This document shows positions 55,690-64,000 of a stretch of DNA of 64,000 bases, piece after piece. The notes beneath the pieces are model-generated. The model had not been told where the DNA came from. It saw nothing but the letters and a program-made list of their open reading frames with translations, and did not search any database. The stretch is from Eledone cirrhosa (taxonomy: Eukaryota): assembly GCA_964016885.1 (NCBI GenBank), contig OZ024740.1, positions 235,538,001-235,602,000 of the forward strand, given 5' to 3'. Both the position numbers and the translations under genes were made by a program. The stretch's first letter is position 1, and the number at the start of each line of letters is the position of its first letter.

Positions 55690-56305
55690 AGTAATAATAA
55701 TAATTGTTTCTACTTTTTGCACAAGGCCAGCAATTACCCAGTGCATTACTGGTACTTTATTTTATCGACCACGTTAGGATGAAAGACAAAGTTAACCTTG
55801 GCAGGATTTGAACTCAGAATGGCAAGGGCCGTAACTCTATGCGTCAAAGCATGGCGTCCGACCCTCCACCGATACTTACAATCCACTGTAGTAATAATAA
55901 TTGTTTCTATTTTAGGCACAAGGCCATCAAATACCCAGTACATTACTGGTACTTTATTTTATCGACCACGTTAGGATGAAAGACAAAGTTAACCTTGGCA
56001 GGATTTGAACTCAGAATATAAAGGGCCGTAACTCTATGCTGTAAAGCATGGCATCTGATGCTCTACCGATACTGTCAATCTACGACCTTCAATAATAATA
56101 ATAATAATAATAATAATTGTTTCTACTTTTTGACACAAGGCCAGCAATTACCCAGTGTATTACTGGTACTTTATTCTATCGACCCCGGAAGGATGAAAGG
56201 CAAAGTTAACCTCGGCGGGATTTGAACTCAGATCATACAGGGAGGTAACTCTATGCTTCAAAGCATGGTGTCCGACCCTCTACCGATACTGCCAATCCAC
56301 CGCCT

Positions 56306-56345
<40 letters not shown>
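55690..56345 (-). mobile_element. Tandem trimer of family B SINEs joined by (TAA)n
   Basis: Three copies starting near 55703, 55900 and 56116, each bounded by TAA repeats. Confidence 0.9.
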
Positions 56346-56346
<1 letters not shown>

Positions 56347-56445
56347 TTTCTTTATTGGCCACAAGGGCTGACATCAAGAAAAACATTACAGACGGTACGA
56401 TGTGGGTTTTGTGCATGTAAATATTTTTATTATTTATATAATATT

Positions 56446-56782
56446 GAGTTACGGGCCTTGCCATTCTGAGTTCAAATCCCGCCGAGGTTAACTTTGCCTT
56501 TCATCCTTACAGGGTCGATAAAATAAAGTACCAGTAATACACTGGGTAATTGCTGGCCTTGTGCCAAAAGTAGAAACAATTATCTATTCTTTAGGGCCAT
56601 GGATTGGCAGTATTGGTAGAGCATCATACACCATGCTTTGCAGGATAGAGTTATGGCCCTTTATGTTCTGAGTTCAAATGCACCCAAAGTTAGTTTTGCC
56701 TTTCATCCTTATGGGGTCGATAAAATAAAGTACCAGTAATGTAATTGCTGGCCTTGTGCCAAAAAGTAGAAACAATTATTTA
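56446..56782 (+). mobile_element. Tandem dimer of family B SINEs, inverted relative to the trimer
   Basis: Two copies ending GCCTTGTGCCAAAA(A)GTAGAAACAATTAT. Confidence 0.88.
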
Positions 56783-57231
56783 TATAAGAAAAGAAAAAAA
56801 AAGGACATAGAAACATATATATATATATAAACAATAAAAATGAAAATTGAAACAATGAAAAATTCCCCAATAGGGGGGAAACCTCCGAGGGTTACTCGTG
56901 GCGAAAACCACACAAAAGACCACGGCTACCCTGAATAACAAGAAGGGATAATATATTTAGGGACTGTTTGAGAGCAGAGTTGAGGCTCTAAAAATGTACT
57001 AGGTAATACTATATCTAGGAACTATTGTTAGAGGCCCTAATAATTATAGAAAATCATATGGTTGGCAAGTGGTGGTGGTTGTGTTGGTGGTTGCAGTACA
57101 GTGAAATGAAAATAAATAAATACAGTACCATACTGAAAGAAATGGTGATAGTGGTGGTGGTGGTGGTGATGTAGTGGTGATATATCTATATAAAGTACCA
57201 TTTGTTGTAGAAGATATAAATGAGCACTAAT

Positions 57232-57605
57232 GTTGGTGGTGGTGGTGGTGGGGTATTGTTGTGGTGGTGGTGGGGTATTGTTGCGGTAGTGGGGATGATG
57301 GTGGTGGTGGGGGTATTGTTGTGGTGGTGGGGGTATTGTTGTGGTGGTGGGGGTATTGTTGTGGTGGTGGGGTATTGTTGTGGTGGTGGGGGTATTGTTG
57401 CGGTAGTGGGGATGATGGTGGTGGTGGGGGTATTGTTGTGGTGGTGGGGTATTGTTGCGGTAGTGGGGATGATGGTGGTGGTGGGGGTATTGTTGTAGTG
57501 GTGGGGTATTGTTGTGGTAGTGGAGGTGATGGTGGTGGGGGTATTGTTGCGGTGGTGGGGGATGATAGTTCTGGTGAGGGTGGTGGGAATAGAGGTGGTT
57601 GGGGT
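57232..57605. repeat. G-rich minisatellite (GGTGGTGGGGTATTGTTGT variants)
   Basis: Directly visible; source of the P/T/H- and G/V/W-rich ORFs. Confidence 0.9.
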
Positions 57606-58141
57606 AGTATCACCCACAGCAGTATATTTGGAAATGGTGCCTGTCATTGTATGATAATCTTTGCAGTCTTGGCAGCAACAGTGAAGCTGTTTGGTTTTTT
57701 TTTTTTTTCATTTATGCTACAGATAATGTATTTTCTTAGGGGAAATTTTTAATATTTTTTCTTACATATTTTCTCAAAAACTGATGTCTAAGAACAATTG
57801 TCTAGAGACACTAATGTAATGTTCATCTCTTTCTTTCTTTTGTCTTTCTGTCACACATGCTATGTTTCTTCATTTCTCTCTCACTCTATCTAAATATATA
57901 TGTACATGTGCGTGCTTATATATATGTACATTAGTATATATATATATTCTTGTTTACATACACACATATGTGTGTGTCTGAATATATATATATATATGTG
58001 TGTGTGTGTATGTGTGTATATATATAGGTGTATATATGTGTGTATATATATGTGTGTGTATATATATATATATGTGTGTATATATATATATGTGTGTATA
58101 TATATATATATACATTATCTGTAGCATAAATGAAAAAAAAA

Positions 58142-58190
<49 letters not shown>

Positions 58191-58206
58191 ATATATATGT
58201 GTGGAA

Positions 58207-58274
<68 letters not shown>

Positions 58275-58741
58275 CATGCATTTAGATTTATACATGTTTC
58301 TTTACTGGTTTCAGTTATTGGACTGTAGCCATGCTGAAGCATCACCTTTAAAGGTTTTCAGGTACAATGTCAGCCCTAGAACATATTTCAGTCTAGTATT
58401 TATTTTTGGCCACCCCTATTTGTCAAATTGCTAAATGAAGGGACATGATCAACATCACCAGTTTTGTTTTAACCAGTGTAAACACAGACATAACACAAAC
58501 ACAGTTTCCATTTACCTAAATCAACCCATGACTGTTGATCATGTCATGTCTGTAGGAGAGACACTTGCTTAAGATACCATGCAGTGTGGTTGAATTTAAT
58601 ACTATGTGGTTGCAAACACACCACACACACACACATGCACGTTGTATGTTTGAATATATGTGTGTGTGTGGATGTGCATATGTGTGTGTTTATTTGTTTC
58701 TTCTCCTCACACTTGATATTGCAGGTGGTGATATTCATTTA

Positions 58742-59120
58742 CGATTGCAAGGCCAATGCTCTAACCACTAAGCCATGTGCCTCATATGGAGGCACATGGC
58801 TTAGTGGTTAGAGCATTGGCCTTGCAATCGAAAGGTTGTGAGTTCAATTCTCAGACCGGGTGATGTGTTGTTTCCTTGAGCAAGACACTTTATTTCACAT
58901 TGCTCCAGTTTGCTCAGCTGTAGAAATGAGATGATAGGGACTGGGGTCCCTATCATTCCACTCCAAAGTGGTCGTGTAGGTGCCACGGCAAAAACGCACC
59001 CAGCACTCACTGTAAATGAGGTTGGTGTTAGGAAGGGCATCCAGCTGTAGAAATCAAGCCAGAATCAGTTCCCGTCCCACCCTTGCAAGCAGGGAAAAAG
59101 CGGGCGTAAAATGAAATGAA
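58742..59120 (+). mobile_element. Full-length family A SINE with a perfect 42-bp inverted copy of its own 5' end
   Basis: 58742-58783 is the reverse complement of 58789-58830, with spacer ATATG. Confidence 0.92.
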
Positions 59121-59427
59121 TGAAATGAATTCCATTTAAAAAGAAATCCCACATCTCAGTGTTGAATTATATGAAAATATGTAACTTACTTGCAAAAAAT
59201 GTGAAGCTTGGCATCTGAAAGGGCATCTGGCCATAGAATTCTGTCTGTAAAAGTCTTATGCAACCCATGCCAGCATGAAGAAATAGACACCCCTCCCCTC
59301 TCTATTATATACACACACATAAGTAGGCAGCTGCAAAGTCAAGTTTGCACCATAAATGAGCTTTATTGCATTGACAATTGTTTCAGCCACCTTATGCCTT
59401 AGCCCTGGAGTACACTGAAATATAAAC

Positions 59428-59706
59428 CCATATGAATCTGGTGATTTCATCAGGTATTCGAAATATAACAAAGGAATATGTAAAAACCATGGGTCCGAAA
59501 AATCAGAAACAAAGAGGACGACTGACCAACTAGCTGCCTTCACCTCGGCCAGTCGCCCTCCACTTTGGTTTTTACATATTCCTTTGTTATATTTCGAATA
59601 CCTGATGAAATCACTGGATTCATATGGAACCCGGTCATTGAAATGATCATAGTATAATAAACCTTTCAAGGATTTACACCAGTCCAGCCTCCTGTTATTT
59701 TTATTG
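59428..59706 (+). mobile_element. Penelope-like pseudo-LTR remnant with an inverted 5' segment
   Basis: 62-bp inverted repeat 59428-59489 / 59566-59627, hammerhead, AATAAA, followed by (TA)n. Confidence 0.75.
59587..59661 (+). ncRNA. Type I hammerhead ribozyme motif
   Basis: Stem I ATAC/GTAT (plus TTAT/ATAA), CTGATGA 59602-59608, long stem II AAT.ACTGG.TTC/GAA.CCGGT.ATT, GAA + palindromic ATGATCAT, AUA triplet ending at 59651. Confidence 0.8.
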
Positions 59707-59722
59707 ATATATATATATATAT

Positions 59723-59762
<40 letters not shown>

Positions 59763-59900
59763 TATATTTAAGAGTTAAAAAAGATTCAATGAATACATCA
59801 AAGAATGAGTTTTACAATAGATTGAAGCACTCTACAGAATATTTTCCAGAATTATTAATATTCATTCCAAATATTAACAAAATAGATATTCTTGTGATCA

Positions 59901-59975
59901 ATTATATTTTATTATACATATTTCAGAGGTACTGAATTAAGTTCAACAGTACGTCCTCATCAGATAAAATAAAAT
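59901..59975 (-). ncRNA. Type I hammerhead motif, antisense copy in the inverted pLTR
   Basis: Reverse complement of 63001-63075. Confidence 0.82.
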
Positions 59976-60282
59976 GATACATGACATACCCTGACATGGT
60001 AGATGGTTAAGATTTAATCAAGGTATGACAAAACTCAATATTTATACCCTAATATTGAGAACATGAGAAAACGTAATACAATCAATAGAGAGAGTGTGAG
60101 TAATATATTTTAAGAAATACATGGCATCAATATAACAGTTATAGAATTTTTAATATTTAAAAACTACTTGAGAAATAGGAGGGAGAGGAAAGCATAGAGG
60201 AAGAAGTAGCTGATGTTATAACTTATTTAGTATTTAACTTGAGAAGACAGATGAAAGATGATTAAAGAGAGAGAGAGAGAGA

Positions 60283-60875
60283 TTTTCATCTTAAATATGA
60301 TAAATAGAAAACTGCCGGAGATTACCGGTGGTTTATATAGGGACGATATTTTATTTACGGTAGTTAAACACAACAATATAGAACTAAATAGAGTAAAGAA
60401 AAATATAATTGAATTCTTTAAAATTTACGACCTTAAACAAGAAGTAGAAAGTTGTACCAAAATAGTTAATTTCCTTGATGTTACCTTTAACTTAAACTCT
60501 GGTTTTTATTACCCTTTCCATAAGCCCAATGAAAACTTAAATTACGTTAATTATTACTCCAATCACTCTAAGTCAGTGAAAAAAGCAATTGTAAATAGCG
60601 TGCAAAAACGCATTAATAGAATATCTGCCAATAAATCAATATTTGATGAAAATGCAGGATATTACAATGATGCAGTAAAAAAGGGAGGTTATAAAAATAA
60701 TATAGAATATATAGACAATAATAATCCAAGTTTTAATCCTAATAAAAACAATGGCATATATAAACGAAATTCTGTAAATTCTAGTAATTATAATTCAAAC
60801 ACCTGTACTGTGAATAAATCGGGGAAAAGAACCAGAACTAAATCAGTTATATGCCCCCCCCCCCTGCTTCTGTAG
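60283..60875 (+). pseudogene. Penelope-like RT C-terminal half and thumb
   Basis: GLYRDDIL, VNFLDVTFNL, FHKPN..NYVNYYSNH. The annotated Met at 60258 lies in the inverted pLTR, and the frame shifts at the poly-C run near 60865-60875. Confidence 0.9.
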
Positions 60876-61543
60876 CAGTAAGAACACCAATAGGTAATCT
60901 ATTTTTTAAAGCTTTGGATAGTTCATTCCCTAGTCAACATAAATACCATTCCTTTTTTTATAGACACACTATTAAATTATCTTATTCTACAACTATGAAT
61001 ATGGCCCAAAACATCGCTAAAATAAACAGTAAAATTCTAAATCAAAATCAACATAATGATATTAATAATAGTGTTAATATAAATAATAATAAATCAAAAC
61101 GTAATTGTAGAAATAAACCAGATTGCCCTCTGCAAAATAATTGTTTTGATAGAAATTTGGTGTATAAATGCACCGTAAAAACAAATAACAACACACACAA
61201 CTACATAGGAGCAAGTTCTTCAACATTTAAAGCAAGATTTGCGAATCACAAATGCTCATTCTCGAATTCTAATAGGAAGTCTTTGACTTCTTTATCACAG
61301 CTTATATGGTCATTAAAGGACAAAAATTTAAAATACTCGATCTTTTGGACGAAGCTCTGTAATAGTGGAGTTTATATAAACTCTACAATATCAATTAACT
61401 GCAGCCTCTGTACAAAGGAGACCCTATTAATAATTAATAATTATGAAAACTTAATTTACAAAAAAAGTGAATTATTCTCAAACTGCCTTCATAAAGCTTT
61501 GTCTACATTCCAAGCCTTGCAAAAAGTCAGGAAAAAACAGTAA
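60851..61543 (+). pseudogene. Penelope-like linker plus GIY-YIG endonuclease
   Basis: TIKLSYS, (C>R)NCRNKPDCPL, LVY..YIG, FKARFANH, CSLC.KE, ELFSNCLH. Confidence 0.9.
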
Positions 61544-61843
61544 GCAATCAAGCCTGATTTTCGACGTCTATCATCAACTGTTGAGCATATAAGTCATAAC
61601 GGTTTATAAAACTTTAATAATGCTTTATCTTCTAATCATTTATAATGGAATTAATGTTTGAATGAATGACACTTGTTTGATAACTTGTTTACTTGATGGA
61701 TATGCATACCCTATGATTTTTTGGATATTTTTAACTTTGATTCAGATCTTTATTTTTCTGTCTCTGTTTTAAATATATAGTTTAGATATCTAACTTGTAA
61801 ATTTACTGATTATAATTTGAACTGTGGATCATTCATGCGTTTG

Positions 61844-61877
<34 letters not shown>

Positions 61878-63000
61878 TACTCATTTTGAGATGGTTTTTG
61901 GGGACTCAGAAAGTTGGATTTGCACTTTGTTTTTTTATGTATATTTAACAAACCATAATAGCTGACTAATATTGGTCTATTTCTCGACTGAACTGGAGGT
62001 AAAACTACTAACAATGATTATAATTATTATTCTTTATTAAATGTATACCGTTTCATTAATACCTATTATATCTATATATAGTTTTTACAAATATCTTTAT
62101 CTAGTGTAATAACATAATCGTAGTTACATTTATAAATAATTTAAATGACATTATTATAAGTGTTTGGTTTTCCTTGGAAGGTCGAACTTATATAATCATT
62201 TACTTAATACAATATATGAACAAATAATAAACTATAGTCTTGGTATGTTATGATCAATACATATATATAGCTGGAAATTCTGACTTCTTTAAGTTTAATT
62301 ATAAGACATGTTGATACTTTAGACACTCAAACTATTTAACAATAAATTCTTTAATAGTTATAACTATAAATATCTTATAAATTATATCATAGAAACTGTT
62401 GTCAATATTATAAGTAATTTTGGTAAAGTTTACCTTCGTGGGGATATTGAACATTATATGTATATTTTCTTTATTTCGCGGGTTTCGTAAATGCTTTAAA
62501 TTTGTCTTCATAAAATTTGAATTTTAGAAATTTAACATTATTATATTATAATATTAATACAAATACCTAATAACTTTTAAAACCAAAAATTGGATACATT
62601 ACCCTGAAATAACATAAATTAAATGTTTTGAAAATTAACTGCCAAATATGCTATATATGAAACTCTGTGTGTGTAGAAACTTGAGCATAAATTACTCCCC
62701 TTTGTCTCTCTCTCTTTTTAATCATCTTTCATCTGTCTTCTCAAGCTAAATAAGTTATAACATCAGCTACTTCTTCCTCAATGCTTTCCCCTCCCTCCTA
62801 TTTCTCAAGTAGTTTTTAAATATTAAAAATTCTATAACTGTTATATTGATGCCATGTATTTTTTAAAATATATTACTCACACTCTCTCTATTGATTGTAT
62901 TACGTTTTCTCATGTTCTCAATATTAGGGTATAAATATTGAGTTTTGTCATACCTTGATTAAATCTTAACCATCTACCATGTCAGGGTATGTCATGTATC

Positions 63001-63075
63001 ATTTTATTTTATCTGATGAGGACGTACTGTTGAACTTAATTCAGTACCTCTGAAATATGTATAATAAAATATAAT
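63001..63075 (+). ncRNA. Type I hammerhead ribozyme motif in the pLTR
   Basis: Stem I ATTTTATTTTAT/ATAAAATATAAT (11 of 12), CTGATGA 63013-63019, stem II GGA.GTACTG/CAGTAC.TCT, GAA + ATATGTAT, AUA triplet ending at 63063. Confidence 0.85.
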
Positions 63076-63125
63076 TGATCACAAGAATATCTATTTTGTT
63101 AATATTTGGAATTAATATATATATT

Positions 63126-63655
63126 TGGCGGTACTCAGTAACAGAGAAGACCCGCCTTACCTAAATACAAAGTAAAACCTACTAGTCAGTAGGAATCTCT
63201 AACAAAATACACCCCCGTCCCACCCCATCCACACCGCCCCCTTCAATGCAAAGTTATGTTGGTGCCACAACATCCAGGCCGAAACAAATGAGATCGTGTA
63301 GGTGTCACGACAAAAAATACACAGTCCATGCTGTAATGTGGCCGTGTAGGCAACACGGTAAAAACCTCCCAGTCCCACACTGTAAATGTGGTTTGGTGTT
63401 AGGAAGGGCATCCAGCTGTAGAAAACACGCCAGACAGTCCACGCTGTAATGTGGCCGTGTAGGCAACACGGTAAAAACCTCCCAGCCCCACACTGTAAAT
63501 GTGGTTGGTGTTAGGAAGGGCATCCAGCTGTAGAAAACCCGCCAGACAGTCCTATGCGAGCAAGACAACCACTCTTGCCTCAAGTGGGAAAACCCCCATC
63601 CAAACCCATGCAAGCGTGGAACAGGGACGTTAAACGATGATGATGATGATGATAT
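63126..63655 (+). mobile_element. RTE LINE 3' end with an internal ~117-bp duplication
   Basis: Matches 23359-23777. The CAGTCCA(T/C)GCTGTAATGTGGCC block occurs at about 63321 and 63436. Confidence 0.9.
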
Positions 63656-63672
63656 ATATATATATATATATA

Positions 63673-63764
63673 TAGAAGTGGTTACACAACAGTTAGTTCA
63701 CCATACCGAGAGCAATTAAAATTGTTCTCGGTATGGTGAACTAGCTGTTGTGTAACCACTTCTA
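63673..63764 (+). repeat. 44-bp fold-back inverted repeat
   Basis: Arms 63673-63716 / 63721-63764, loop TAAA. Both mismatches are G:U-compatible on the + strand. Confidence 0.92.
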
Positions 63765-63903
63765 CCTAACTCGCCCCCTGGACTGAGTGCTCTACCACTA
63801 CGGATATTACCTTCCAGTGTTCCACCACTATATATATATATATATATTATAAAAAAAAACTATTAAGTTTTTGGCTTGTATTGGCCGATAGTGCTTCTTG
63901 TAG

Positions 63904-63957
63904 CTTTACTTGCCCTGATGAGTCCTTAATAGGACGAAACATTGTTGGCTAATAAAG
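63904..63957 (+). ncRNA. Minimal type I hammerhead ribozyme motif
   Basis: CTTTA.ctt.GCC-CTGATGA-GTCC ttaata GGAC-GAA-AC att GT-T-GGC.taa.TAAAG, with GUU triplet ending at 63946 and overlapping AATAAA. Confidence 0.85.
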
Positions 63958-64000
63958 ACTTTTGATGTATTGAAGGCTTCTTTGGTTTATATTTTTATAA

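Larger units (their letters stand above)
59858..63118 (+). mobile_element. 5'-truncated Penelope-like element (Naiad-type) with inverted pseudo-LTRs
   Basis: ~420-bp inverted arms 59858-60282 / 62705-63118 enclosing RT and GIY-YIG ORFs and an AT-rich 3' UTR. Each arm holds a hammerhead. Confidence 0.92.

Noticed and set aside
56341-56935. Possible L1/Tx1 3' UTR pieces at 56341-56400 and 56790-56935
   Set aside because: Only a remembered resemblance (minus GTGGCCAATAAAGAAATCATT) with no coding remnant, so not listed as a feature.
57186-57752. Pro/Thr/His-rich mucin- or extensin-like ORFs
   Set aside because: G-rich minisatellite open in several frames on both strands.
58789-58860. Possible tRNA gene (TGC anticodon-like loop)
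   Set aside because: Poor acceptor and anticodon stems, and it continues into a SINE body present in several copies.

Overview
AT-rich, microsatellite-dense animal DNA with no identifiable host gene. The repeat families and (TA)n/(TATG)n load suggest a cephalopod such as octopus (inference). The window is almost entirely transposon-derived. It holds RTE-clade LINEs, including a near full-length copy at 18.0-22.3 kb whose RT domain carries an inserted C4HC3 PHD finger and which faces an inverted truncated sister copy. It also holds R4/Dong-like and CRE-like restriction-like-endonuclease retrotransposon fragments, two tRNA-derived SINE families, mariner/pogo/hAT/piggyBac MITEs, a Helitron-like element and a 945-bp local duplication. 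The most notable signal is a set of type I hammerhead ribozyme motifs of several unrelated sequence families. Three core-intact + strand motifs (59.6, 63.0, 63.9 kb) and one antisense copy lie in the last 5 kb around a Naiad-type Penelope-like element with inverted pseudo-LTRs. Another core-intact motif is at 26.9 kb and degenerate ones are at 12.8, 31.7 and 39.7 kb. Most long ORFs in the track are microsatellite artefacts. All pairings and alignments were done by eye, and repeat boundaries are approximate.
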